DNA of 64,000 nucleotides. Origin: Escherichia phage CL1. The position numbers were made by a program, and so were the translations under genes. This document shows positions 27,037 to 36,034 of the stretch, one piece after another (the first letter of the stretch is position 1; every line of letters begins with the position of its first letter). The stretch lies in sequence record OK040806; one strand, written 5' to 3'. A model generated the notes under the pieces. That model was not told where the DNA came from. It did not search any database and saw only the letters and a list, made by a program, of their open reading frames with translations.

Positions 27037-27417
27037 ATGGCTTATCGTGCACCGAAATTCATCAACAAAGACAACTTCCGCAACGCACTGGAGAAGTCAC
27101 TTGATGAAAAATTTAACGGCAAATTGATTGTTGTTCACGCATTCAATTTTAAGTATGATATTAACGGGAATAAAATCAACCATTACACGGCAACCATGTT
27201 AGATGGTACGCTATCAAGTGAAAAAGCCGTACTGAATGCACTTGCAGGACGTGGTAAAAACCTGATAAGATGCGATAAGAGACGTTATCAGGGTGGCGCA
27301 TATGGTTATGATGATGCTGTTTATCATCTTGAAAATATGGGCTATTCAGTGGAAAAAGCTGGAGTGTCTCAAATAATCGGCAGTGATGGTTATGTAACAA
27401 TCTTCAAAATTAACTAA
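27037..27417 (+). CDS. array ORF 2, hypothetical (126 aa)
   Basis: Conserved leader AAACTAGGAGATTCAAAAATG. Confidence 0.55.
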   Translation: MAYRAPKFINKDNFRNALEKSLDEKFNGKLIVVHAFNFKYDINGNKINHYTATMLDGTLSSEKAVLNALAGRGKNLIRCDKRRYQGGAYGYDDAVYHLENMGYSVEKAGVSQIIGSDGYVTIFKIN

Positions 27418-27505
27418 TAAAGTACTTTACAAGGGGCTTATAGTTCGATAAAGTAAGCCCCAGATAAAGAGCTTTACCACTAAATCCTAAATTGGAGATT
27501 CAAAA
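27418..27505 (+). repeat. type A intergenic cassette (copy 2)
   Basis: TTTACA-N17-TAAAGT promoter-like element overlapping hairpin GGGGCTTATAGTTCGATAAAGTAAGCCCC, then AGATAAAGAGCTTTAC and conserved leader. Confidence 0.6.
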
Positions 27506-27763
27506 ATGGCTATCATCAAAAACGTTGTAATTACTGCAAAGACTCGTGATGACGCTCGCATCATGGCGAAAAAGTTAGGCGGGAAAGTGGTTGACAACGG
27601 AAAACAATCTGCTGTAAGATGGGGCGTGAAGGCTGATAAAAAGTTAACCTTAAAACGCAGTTCAAATAACCTCTTTAAAGGTGTAAAATCACTCGGTAAA
27701 GTGAACGTGTTTACTAAACAAGGTTACAAAATGCACTTATCATTAACTGGCAATTTAATCTGA
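27506..27763 (+). CDS. array ORF 3, hypothetical basic protein (85 aa)
   Basis: Conserved leader; Lys-rich. Confidence 0.55.
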   Translation: MAIIKNVVITAKTRDDARIMAKKLGGKVVDNGKQSAVRWGVKADKKLTLKRSSNNLFKGVKSLGKVNVFTKQGYKMHLSLTGNLI

Positions 27764-27852
27764 TAAAGTACTTTACAAGGGGCTTATAGTTCGATAAAGT
27801 AAGCCCCAGATAAAGAGCTTTACTAACTAAATCCTAAACTGGAGATTCTAAA
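27764..27852 (+). repeat. type A intergenic cassette (copy 3)
   Basis: Near-identical to copy 2. Confidence 0.6.
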
Positions 27853-28365
27853 ATGAAAACTGTAGACGCTACCTTTGAAGTTGTAAAAGAAAAATTCACC
27901 ATTATTTATGAAGCTGTCAATTGCTTTGAAGCAAGCCATAATCTTGATAATTGGAAGTTTACAGATGACCATCAAGGCGGCGTGACGATTAAAAATCCTA
28001 ACTGTCAGAGTAATGAATTTAAATATGCAATCCCTTTGCATTACAGCCTTAAGCAGCTTTCAAGTGACTATGCAAAACAAGGCCGTGAGAATCCATCGAA
28101 AGAGGCTTACACGAGCTTACAGAAAGAACTAGAAAGGGATTTAGAGGCTTCAGAGTATAACATTGCCGCGAAAGTTGTAGATGCAAACGGTAGCACGGTT
28201 TTAGAGAGTTTTTATATTGGTTATGCTTTCGATTGGTGCTACAGTGACGGCGATGATTTAGATGACAGACTAAAAGAGGAAGTGAACAACGCAGACGCAG
28301 AATCTGAAGTATTAGAACGCTTGGAAGCATTAAAAGATTCAGTGATGAATATCTTTAAGAACTAA
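27853..28365 (+). CDS. array ORF 4, hypothetical acidic protein (170 aa)
   Basis: Conserved leader; acidic C-terminal region DGDDLDDRLKEEVNNADAESE. Confidence 0.55.
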   Translation: MKTVDATFEVVKEKFTIIYEAVNCFEASHNLDNWKFTDDHQGGVTIKNPNCQSNEFKYAIPLHYSLKQLSSDYAKQGRENPSKEAYTSLQKELERDLEASEYNIAAKVVDANGSTVLESFYIGYAFDWCYSDGDDLDDRLKEEVNNADAESEVLERLEALKDSVMNIFKN

Positions 28366-28453
28366 ATAGATTTCTTTACACGGGGCTAACAAGCGGATAT
28401 GATAGCCCCAGATAAAGAGCTTTACTACTAAATCCTAAACTGGAGACTCTAAA
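28366..28453 (+). repeat. type A intergenic cassette (copy 4, variant loop)
   Basis: GGGGCTA..TAGCCCC hairpin + AGATAAAGAGCTTTAC. Confidence 0.55.
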
Positions 28454-28750
28454 ATGAAATTATCGAATAAAGTTCGTGAAAACCTTAGTAAATTACTCAA
28501 CAAAATTGATTTTATCGAGACATCAAGAAATAATCATGATGTTATGGAATGGTTGCACGGCAAAATAAAAGGCCGTCGCGTAGTGATTTGCTTATGGAAT
28601 AGTTGCAGGGAGTATAAAAAGCCTGTATTGCAAATTAATGTTTATGATGATACTTTTAAAAGTCCTGTAAAGTCTAAAAGCGATTTATTAGAATCCTATG
28701 AGATAACTGTAAATGGCAAAGTATCACGTAAAGAGGAAACACCATGTTAA
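28454..28750 (+). CDS. array ORF 5, hypothetical (98 aa)
   Basis: Conserved leader. Confidence 0.55.
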   Translation: MKLSNKVRENLSKLLNKIDFIETSRNNHDVMEWLHGKIKGRRVVICLWNSCREYKKPVLQINVYDDTFKSPVKSKSDLLESYEITVNGKVSRKEETPC

Positions 28751-29076
28751 TGACTGGTATCACTGCAATCATTGCCATTTTCGCGCTATATAAGGCATAT
28801 AAAGCCTATAATCTAGCAAATAAGGCAATCACACAGCAAGTTAGTAATAACCTTGTAGAGAGCTTTCTAGGGCGTTTAAGTGATGAGCAAATAAAGCGGC
28901 TAGAGATGAGCTTCAGATATAAAGCGAAAACCTATCAGATAAGTGACATCTTCAAAGAGGATTTTCAGCTTGTCGATGATTATAACTCACTGATAAATGC
29001 TTTAAATATCAGTGACTTAAAAGATTATTACGCTGTAATTGTCCAAGAACTGAACAAACGAAAACAAAACTGTTGA
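28744..29076 (+). CDS. array ORF 6, membrane protein (110 aa)
   Basis: ATGTTAA overlap with ORF 5 stop; N-terminal TM helix GITAIIAIFALY. Confidence 0.5.
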   Translation: MLMTGITAIIAIFALYKAYKAYNLANKAITQQVSNNLVESFLGRLSDEQIKRLEMSFRYKAKTYQISDIFKEDFQLVDDYNSLINALNISDLKDYYAVIVQELNKRKQNC

Positions 29077-29162
29077 CACTGATTTTTAGATAACCTAAAT
29101 TACTAATCAACGGGAGGGATGACCTCCCACTAAACAAAGTCCTTAAACTAGGAGATTCAAAA
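29073..29162 (+). repeat. type B cassette (copy 1): promoter + GGGAGG..CCTCCC leader hairpin
   Basis: TTGACA 29073-29078, N17, TAAATT 29096-29101; leader AATCAACGGGAGGGATGACCTCCCAC; then AAAGTCCTTAAACTAGGAGATTCAAAAATG. Confidence 0.6.
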
Positions 29163-29435
29163 ATGTATACTACTAATAACGGTCGTACTCTAAATGTAAC
29201 TTTGCGCCACTATGTTAACGGCGTGATGCACTTTGAAGATTTACAAGCTGAACAACATATCTTAGATTGGCAACTTGCAGGACTACAAAAAACTGCTACA
29301 GGATACGGGAAAAAGATTCCAACTAGTTGGAAAGTATACTATGAAGGGCGTTTGCGCAGAATTTATCAAGATGTATACAGCAATAGCGCAACAAGTTACA
29401 TCATGGTAAAAGGTAAAAAATTACACTTAGTATAA
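29163..29435 (+). CDS. array ORF 7, hypothetical (90 aa)
   Basis: Conserved leader. Confidence 0.55.
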   Translation: MYTTNNGRTLNVTLRHYVNGVMHFEDLQAEQHILDWQLAGLQKTATGYGKKIPTSWKVYYEGRLRRIYQDVYSNSATSYIMVKGKKLHLV

Positions 29436-29521
29436 AGTACTTTACAAGGGGCTTATAGTTCGATAGAGTAAGCCCCAGATAAAGAGCTTTACTACTCAAT
29501 CCTAAATTGGAGAACTTAAAA
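29436..29521 (+). repeat. type A intergenic cassette (copy 5)
   Basis: Same hairpin and AGATAAAGAGCTTTAC element. Confidence 0.6.
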
Positions 29522-29926
29522 ATGGCTATTAATAACCGTGAGTTATCAATCTTAAAAGCACGTTTGACCGTTAACCGGATTAATGTTATTACGTCATCAG
29601 CACCGGACGAAACATTACACAACATTATTGGGAAGATTCAAAGTGTTATCTTAGACGTTGAAAGCGTAAAAAACTCATTGGCTGACGTTGCAGCAGGTAT
29701 CACGCTAGACGGTGCACAATATGAAATGGCTGACATGTTAGGCAAATCAAAGGTAATGAATAAAGAGCTTGATTTAAAAATGTTCCGTTTTGCCGTGAAA
29801 GTGTGGCTATCTGTCGAGTATGACGCAAATTTTGCAATCGCTGACTTTTTCGCAACATGGTTGCAACGTAATTTAACAAATTATGATTTTCGTGATATCT
29901 GTGACGCAATTTACGCAGAACTCTAA
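29522..29926 (+). CDS. array ORF 8, hypothetical (134 aa)
   Basis: ATG 29522 follows conserved leader; track start 29507 lies in the leader. Confidence 0.5.
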   Translation: MAINNRELSILKARLTVNRINVITSSAPDETLHNIIGKIQSVILDVESVKNSLADVAAGITLDGAQYEMADMLGKSKVMNKELDLKMFRFAVKVWLSVEYDANFAIADFFATWLQRNLTNYDFRDICDAIYAEL

Positions 29927-29935
29927 AAAATTTTA

Positions 29936-30025
29936 TTGACACTGATTTTTAAAACAAGTAAATTACTAATCAACGGGAGGGATGACCTCCCCACTAAGTA
30001 AAGTCCTTAAACTAGGAGATTCAAA
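29936..30025 (+). repeat. type B cassette (copy 2)
   Basis: TTGACA 29936-29941, TAAATT 29959-29964, GGGAGGGATGACCTCCCC hairpin. Confidence 0.6.
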
Positions 30026-30226
30026 ATGGCTATTATCAACGGTTTAAACATTGAAACTACTCATATCAAAGATATCAAAGTTGGCGATGTAGTCCTTTCC
30101 CACGGCGTAGAAAAAACTGTCACTGCAAAGGATATTAAAGAGGATTCTTTCATGGGTAGGACTCTCTTCGGTGATTCTTATTGCTTAGGTTATCTTGCAG
30201 TTTTAAAAGTTGTCAAAAATAACTGA
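30026..30226 (+). CDS. array ORF 9, hypothetical (66 aa)
   Basis: Conserved leader. Confidence 0.5.
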   Translation: MAIINGLNIETTHIKDIKVGDVVLSHGVEKTVTAKDIKEDSFMGRTLFGDSYCLGYLAVLKVVKNN

Positions 30227-30321
30227 TAAAGTACTTTACAAGGGGCTTATAGTTCGATAAAGTAAGCCCCAGATAAAGAGCTTTACCACTAAATCAAGTC
30301 CTTAAACTAGGAGATTCAAAA
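30227..30321 (+). repeat. type A intergenic cassette (copy 6)
   Basis: Same hairpin and leader. Confidence 0.6.
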
Positions 30322-30885
30322 ATGAAATGCTATCACGGAACTACACTCAAAAACTTTGTAAACCTGCTGAATGGTGGCGATAAGCCTGAAGGTATCTGGA
30401 ACTGTTCCTACATGGACGATTGTTTCTATGTTTACCCAATGAATAAGGTTATCAAAATGGGATGTCTGGAAGATGAAGAAGATTCTTACATCCGTGAACG
30501 CTGCATTCAAAGTGCCTTAGAGTCGGGGCTTATTACGGCTGCTTTCCAAATGGAAACGCAGGACGTGATTGTTATTGAAATGGATATCCCAGAGGAAGAA
30601 CTAGAGGACGATTATTCTTGTGACAACATGAGCGAAATTGCCAGCTTTACCGGATACTTTGATAAAAATTGGATTGTTAGCATCCACTCAACGAAATTTA
30701 GTGCGATGTATGCACCTTTCTTTGTACCTGATACGAAAAACCGCAACTTGGGATATGTTGACGATGATTTGTTGAGTATTGCAAAAATTGTACAGAATAG
30801 CGGTGATAGTTCCGTGTTTTGTGACCTACTGGATAAAATCACGGAAAACCTCACAGAACGCAATTTAAAGGACTTTTTAGGATAA
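30322..30885 (+). CDS. array ORF 10, hypothetical acidic protein (187 aa)
   Basis: Conserved leader; acidic stretch DIPEEELEDDYSCD. Confidence 0.55.
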   Translation: MKCYHGTTLKNFVNLLNGGDKPEGIWNCSYMDDCFYVYPMNKVIKMGCLEDEEDSYIRERCIQSALESGLITAAFQMETQDVIVIEMDIPEEELEDDYSCDNMSEIASFTGYFDKNWIVSIHSTKFSAMYAPFFVPDTKNRNLGYVDDDLLSIAKIVQNSGDSSVFCDLLDKITENLTERNLKDFLG

Positions 30886-30948
30886 GCAGTACAAAGACAC
30901 CAACTTTTAACTTAAGGCCCACACAGGGCCATTTAGAGGGCTTCAAAC

Positions 30949-31182
30949 ATGCTTACAACCGTTTATCTTATCCTTTCTATTTGTAATGGTCATTCATGTG
31001 ATTTTAAAGGGCTTGAGGAGTTTACAGGAAGTAAAGAAAATGCCGTTCAGGTCTGTCAGATAGCAAGACAAGACTACCCCGCCAGTGATGATATACAATG
31101 TTACTTTAAGACAGAAGATGAAGAGGGTATCTATTTCGATAGTGTAGACGGGCAATATGAAATTATCATTGAAAAAGACTAG
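30949..31182 (+). CDS. array ORF 11, small protein with hydrophobic N-terminus (possible secreted/lipoprotein)
   Basis: MLTTVYLILSICNG; no standard cassette upstream, GGCCCACACAGGGCC hairpin instead. Confidence 0.4.
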   Translation: MLTTVYLILSICNGHSCDFKGLEEFTGSKENAVQVCQIARQDYPASDDIQCYFKTEDEEGIYFDSVDGQYEIIIEKD

Positions 31183-31271
31183 ACAAGCCTGATAAAAGTC
31201 TGTAAATTGTCAATCAACGGGAGGCGATAACCTCCCAACTAAACAAAGTCCTTAAACTAGGAGATTCAAAA
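31183..31271 (+). repeat. type B cassette (copy 3, variant)
   Basis: TAAATT + GGGAGGCGATAACCTCCC hairpin + conserved leader. Confidence 0.5.
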
Positions 31272-31613
31272 ATGGCTTATGTAACCGTAATTACCAATAA
31301 AGAAGATTCATCTTGGTCAACTCAAGTAAGCGATAAGATGTCACCTATGCAGTGCCTAAAATACTTTGAGCAATGGAACAAAGGCGAGGATACCAGCCCC
31401 TTTCAAGTGATGCAGATTATCCATACAGATAACGAAGGGAATAAAACTGTTTTGAATAGTGAGTACTATGCAACCAGATTCGAAACGAGAAGTAAAGCAA
31501 TGAAGCTCTTACGTGAATCCGGTTATTCTCATATTGCCGCGCTAATCTGGGATGACCTGCTAAAAAATCAGCGTATCAGCTACGTAAAACCTGAAAAAAT
31601 ATTCATCAGTTAA
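31272..31613 (+). CDS. array ORF 12, hypothetical (113 aa)
   Basis: Conserved leader. Confidence 0.55.
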   Translation: MAYVTVITNKEDSSWSTQVSDKMSPMQCLKYFEQWNKGEDTSPFQVMQIIHTDNEGNKTVLNSEYYATRFETRSKAMKLLRESGYSHIAALIWDDLLKNQRISYVKPEKIFIS

Positions 31614-31739
31614 TCAATAACTTACAAAAAACTTTTAAAAAAGTGTTGACAATACCCCTTGACATTGGTAACTTTGTTCGAGGGGGTTTATCTAAAAGGG
31701 ATTAACTTAAAAGATTCTTTATAGATAAACTTAAAAAAT

Positions 31740-31836
31740 TGCTTGCAATCAGATATCAAAACAAGTAAATTACTAATCAACGGTGAGGGAATGAACTTCC
31801 TCACTAAATAAAGTCCTTAAACTAGGAGATTCAAAA
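31740..31836 (+). repeat. type B cassette (copy 4, variant)
   Basis: TAAATTACTAATCAACGG + GAGGGAATGAACTTCCTC hairpin + leader; preceded by extra TTGACA element near 31647. Confidence 0.5.
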
Positions 31837-32367
31837 ATGAACAAATTTCAAGCTATCAACTACATTCGCTCAAATGCTGTAATGTCTAAGCCTGTTAAAG
31901 ATACCTATGAATTTCGCTGCAATGGGGTACACTTTGCAACCATTACCAAATCAGAAAACGGGGTTTATTACATTCATCGCCGTAATGTTTATACTGTTGT
32001 AGTCTCTCACTTTATGAAAGCTGTAGCGGAATTATTACCGTTATTCTTAGAGATTTACTTGGATGAGTGTAAAAACGTTCATAGCCACGTTAAAAACCTT
32101 TTAAATAGCTATAAAATGGCTTATGAACGTTCAATCAAGTCCTTAAACAAGTTCTATAAAGCCCCTGTAAATACTGTTTCAATGGCCTACGCTGCAAATG
32201 GTGAAAGAGTAAGACTATCCGATGTGGAAGATATCGAGCTTTACGACCATCGCCCTAACGGTTACTCTCAGACCCTCGGTGAAGGTTTAACGTTCAATAT
32301 CAAGAACTTAGAAAAAACTTTAAAAGATATTGAAAAAGATATTGACGAGACAATCAAAAATCTGTAA
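31837..32367 (+). CDS. array ORF 13, hypothetical (176 aa)
   Basis: Conserved leader. Confidence 0.55.
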   Translation: MNKFQAINYIRSNAVMSKPVKDTYEFRCNGVHFATITKSENGVYYIHRRNVYTVVVSHFMKAVAELLPLFLEIYLDECKNVHSHVKNLLNSYKMAYERSIKSLNKFYKAPVNTVSMAYAANGERVRLSDVEDIELYDHRPNGYSQTLGEGLTFNIKNLEKTLKDIEKDIDETIKNL

Positions 32368-32432
32368 ATTATCAATCAACGGGAGGGATAACCTCCCTAC
32401 TAAGCAAAGTCCTTAAACTAGGAGTTATCAAG
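32368..32432 (+). repeat. type B cassette (copy 5)
   Basis: TAAATT + GGGAGGGATAACCTCCC hairpin + leader. Confidence 0.55.
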
Positions 32433-32705
32433 ATGGAACACGTCGAACTGACCACACTTTTACAAATTGCAACCGACAAAGAGGATGTAGCATTATTCCA
32501 CCGCATCGAAAGTGATTTATTCAATGGTGAAATCATTAAAGAATCTTACGAAGTTGTCGGATTCAAAGACGGTAAAGCGTTCGGATTCTTTGACCTCGAC
32601 AAAGGCAAAGCGGTTACAAAATATGATGTTTTATCTTGTGAGATTCTTACAAAATACAACGAAAAAAAGGCTTGCAACATACGCCAACATGCAGTAAATT
32701 ACTAA
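32433..32705 (+). CDS. array ORF 14, hypothetical (90 aa)
   Basis: Leader variant CTAGGAGTTATCAAGATG. Confidence 0.5.
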   Translation: MEHVELTTLLQIATDKEDVALFHRIESDLFNGEIIKESYEVVGFKDGKAFGFFDLDKGKAVTKYDVLSCEILTKYNEKKACNIRQHAVNY

Positions 32706-32762
32706 TCAACGGGAGGGATAACCTCCCTACTGAATAAAGTCCTTAAACTAGGAGATTCTAAA
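32706..32762 (+). repeat. type B cassette (copy 6)
   Basis: TAAATT + GGGAGGGATAACCTCCC hairpin + leader. Confidence 0.55.
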
Positions 32763-33011
32763 ATGGCAACTATCCGCGCAACTATCAATGCTTATGGCTG
32801 TTATACTCTGGACGTTAAATTTGATATTGGTGGAACTGATGAATGCTTTTCATTAGTGAAGACAGTTATCAAGCAAGTTATCCCAGATTATAACCCTACT
32901 GATGACTTCTGGAAAGATGCTGTAAAAGAGGCATTAAACGATGAGCATCACTATCATTACTGGGGTGACTTGATTGTCTCCCTGTACTACAATAAACAAG
33001 GTTACAACTAA
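32763..33011 (+). CDS. array ORF 15, hypothetical (82 aa)
   Basis: Conserved leader. Confidence 0.55.
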   Translation: MATIRATINAYGCYTLDVKFDIGGTDECFSLVKTVIKQVIPDYNPTDDFWKDAVKEALNDEHHYHYWGDLIVSLYYNKQGYN

Positions 33012-33049
33012 TCGACGCAGCGGGGCTAAATAGCCCCAGATACCTTTAC

Positions 33050-33071
33050 AGCCCCTTAAATGGGCTTTTTT
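33050..33071 (+). terminator. intrinsic terminator ending the plus-strand array
   Basis: AGCCC-CTTAAAT-GGGCT then TTTTTT; preceded by GGGGCTAAATAGCCCC hairpin. Confidence 0.55.
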
Positions 33072-34650
33072 ACGTCTTATTAAATCCTTTCCCTTTCCTT
33101 TCCAGAATCTTACTAGACCTTAAAAGCAATAACTCTATAGTCTACTCTATAGCCTTTTATCAAATCAACTTAAATATAAGCCCATAACCCGAAAGGGAAG
33201 GGCAACCATTTAAACGCTCTATAAAGCCCTATAACAGCCTTATCAACCTAACTTAAGGGATTGCATTACTCCACGCTTAAAAGCTCTTTATAAAGCTTCT
33301 CAGAGCCTTAAAAGAATCTTATAAGGGTGTAAGCTTTATCATCTCGTTAGTATCTTGTGAATAACTAAAAAGGGCTTGTTAGTGTCTTAAAAGTATGTTA
33401 TAGGGGCTATAAAGTTGCTTAAAAGTTGCTATAAAGTTACGTAAATGCTAGCCCCCTTAACATTTTCTTAACAAATTTTTAACAATCCCTACATAGTTAT
33501 GCTTTTAAGGCACTTGTTAACAACTTGTTAGCCCCTTGTTAAATCTCTGTTAAGACCACGTAAAAGCCTTGTAAGAGTCTTTGACATAGCCTTAAAAGCT
33601 CCTGTAAAGCCCTATAAAGAGCTTTCTATATAGTTGGGGTGCAATTACTAGGGAGAGGCTTAAAAGAGCTTACAAAGAGCTATAGAGAGCTTTTAAGAGG
33701 GCTATTTAAAGGGTCACTAAGAGGGAAAGGGAACTATAGACCAAGAGATAGTGACCATGTTAATAGCTTGTTAAAAAGATTAAACACTTGTTAGGAACTT
33801 GTTAATTATCTTAACAAAATAACTCTTAAAAATTAACTTGTTAGCTCTTGTTAGTCATCTGTTAAGACTCTGTAAAGCCTACGTATCAACTGTTAAAAAA
33901 CTGTTAAGCTCTTGTTAGTTCTGTTAAGAATCTGTTAAGACCTCTGAAGAGATGTTAAGAAGATGTAGCAACTGTTAAGAGATTGTTAATGATATTTTAA
34001 AATTTTGCAAAGGGGATGTTACAGGGATGTTAAGGGCTACCAAGCAGATATATATCTTCTACAGATATTTTTGAGTTCCTTCAAAGACCCTAAAAAATGA
34101 CTTGATAGCTCTATTTTATAAAAATTTTAAAATTCTGAATAATTACCTAGACAGTCTTTTAAAAATACAGGTAGAAACAGGCTTATAAGATACCTTGTTA
34201 GTACCGTGTTAGACCTTGTGAGATAAGGTCTGTAAAGATATTCCTGTTAAGTTTGCTAAAACAGTCTATATAGAGGCTTAGTATTTCCTAGTGAACACCT
34301 ATAGAGAGTGTCATAGCTGACATAGAGATTAAGAGGTGTATAGGAGCTTCTAAGAGGGTATAGAGGGATGGTTAAGGTGATTGTATAGGTTGTTAAGAAG
34401 GCTTGTTAGAAGAGTGTTTAAAGGGCTTGTTAGAGGGTTATTTAGAAGGCTTATACAGAGGGGCTATTAAGACCACTAGATAGTGACTAAGATACTATAT
34501 AGTACTATATAACTATATAGAGAGTAAGATTAAGAAGGTTGTTAAGAAGGGTAGATATTTTATTCACATATGATGGTGACCCAGAGGTTGGGACAACCGA
34601 TGAAATTTTATAAAAATTAAAAAGCCCCCAATTAAGGAGGCTCTTAAGAT
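33072..34650. repeat. 1.6-kb ORF-free AT-rich region densely packed with short direct repeats (TGTTAAG/CTTGTTAG family, TATAAAG/TTAAAAG words)
   Basis: More than 25 copies of NTGTTAA/G, clustered 33500-34020 and 34190-34560; palindromes near 34044 and 34490-34520; sits between converging plus and minus gene blocks. Confidence 0.6.
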
Positions 34651-34653
34651 ATT

Positions 34654-35202
34654 TTAAATCAGTGTTTCCAGAACTGTCTTCAGTGATGACTTGGTTGTCT
34701 GATAAAAATGAGCAAATCCATTGTTACTATCGAATATCTGCATCATGATATCATCTCCCTTGATTGGGTACACTCGGATATCATAGTGGAACCCATTAAA
34801 GACAGCAGAACCATTACAGAATGAACTAAAGTCATCCACTGAGATATACTCTTCATGACCTGTGATTTTTATACAAACACCTTTACTCGGTCTCTTAGGG
34901 TTGATATCTTCCATCACAGACATATTCTGTCCACCAAGAGACACCATAGTGACCACTTTACGGTTCTTCTGTCTAAAGTACATCTTAACTTTCTGCAAAG
35001 TGTCTTCATAGAACGGATAAGACCTTTCTACAAAGATTCCTTCAAGTGGCTCTTTACCATTTTCAACTTCTCGGTTATGCCGTACTGCAAAGATAATCTG
35101 TTCGAACCAGTCAAGATTTTCTTCGGAGAGTGCTTCCCGAATATCACTCCAATCAAGGACTAGATAGTTACCTTCAACTTCTTTTAAGTTATCTTTTTCC
35201 AT
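34654..35202 (-). CDS. hypothetical protein
   Basis: Track ORF 34654-35247 (start there is TTG); first ATG at 35202. Confidence 0.4.
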   Translation of the reverse strand: MEKDNLKEVEGNYLVLDWSDIREALSEENLDWFEQIIFAVRHNREVENGKEPLEGIFVERSYPFYEDTLQKVKMYFRQKNRKVVTMVSLGGQNMSVMEDINPKRPSKGVCIKITGHEEYISVDDFSSFCNGSAVFNGFHYDIRVYPIKGDDIMMQIFDSNNGFAHFYQTTKSSLKTVLETLI

Positions 35203-35215
35203 ATCTATCACACCA

Positions 35216-35680
35216 TTATCGTAAAACTTGGTAAGCTGGAACTGCAAACTTGTTGCCGTTGTTCTTAATGAGGTCTTCTTCTGTTACTAAGAATGTAATC
35301 CCACATAAGTGTGTGTAGTGGCTATCATACTCAAATATTTTAAGTAAGTATTTACCATCGTGATAAACAGATTCTACTACACCTTTTGCAACAATCTTTC
35401 CAGTCTTGAAATCTTTAAGATGGTATACATTTCCAACTTTAGGAACTGTTTTCATCTCAGGTTCTTTTAGTTTCTCACCAGCTTCTACATCACCTAGTAA
35501 GTGAGAACTTTCAAAAGCTACATGTCTCATATAAGCTTCTGAGCATTCCAAGATAAAGCAATGCACAAGAGCCTTAGCAGCATGTCTTGAACAATTCAAC
35601 TTATCACAAATCTCTTTGTACATTTTATCTTTAGTTGAATTGTTAAGCATTGCTTTTTGAACTACTACTTTAACTTTCAT
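35216..35680 (-). CDS. hypothetical protein
   Basis: 154 aa ORF with ATG start. Confidence 0.45.
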   Translation of the reverse strand: MKVKVVVQKAMLNNSTKDKMYKEICDKLNCSRHAAKALVHCFILECSEAYMRHVAFESSHLLGDVEAGEKLKEPEMKTVPKVGNVYHLKDFKTGKIVAKGVVESVYHDGKYLLKIFEYDSHYTHLCGITFLVTEEDLIKNNGNKFAVPAYQVLR

Positions 35681-35733
35681 TTCGCTACCTTCTAAGTTTC
35701 TACAAAGGGGCTATCAAGTAACCCCTCAAGCTA

Positions 35734-35958
35734 CTACTCAGACTTTTCAGTTTTCTTTTCAGATTTCTTACTAGTCTTCTTCTCAGCTTTCTGCTCAGGT
35801 TCCTTCTCAGAAGTTGCCTTGATAACCATATCAAGAAGCTCTGATAAGTCACTCTTCAGCAAAGTAACAGGCTGCTCATTGTAGAAGTTTTTGTCAAGAT
35901 AAACTTTGAACTCTTCTATAGAAGGAAATCCAAAAATTGGTACAGGTGTCTTAATCAT
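35734..35958 (-). CDS. hypothetical protein with Lys/Glu-rich C-terminus
   Basis: 74 aa; ATG start. Confidence 0.4.
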   Translation of the reverse strand: MIKTPVPIFGFPSIEEFKVYLDKNFYNEQPVTLLKSDLSELLDMVIKATSEKEPEQKAEKKTSKKSEKKTEKSE

Positions 35959-36034
35959 TACTTAGTTTCTCCATAGGCATCTTTTAAGATTGCCTTGTTA
36001 ATCATTTCAGCGATTGCAAAACGAACACATACAG

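Noticed and set aside
26949-32762. The regularly spaced conserved intergenic repeats as a possible CRISPR array
   Set aside because: The repeats are 55-95 bp cassettes with promoter and RBS features, spacing is irregular (200-560 bp), and the intervening sequences are ORFs with conserved translation leaders.
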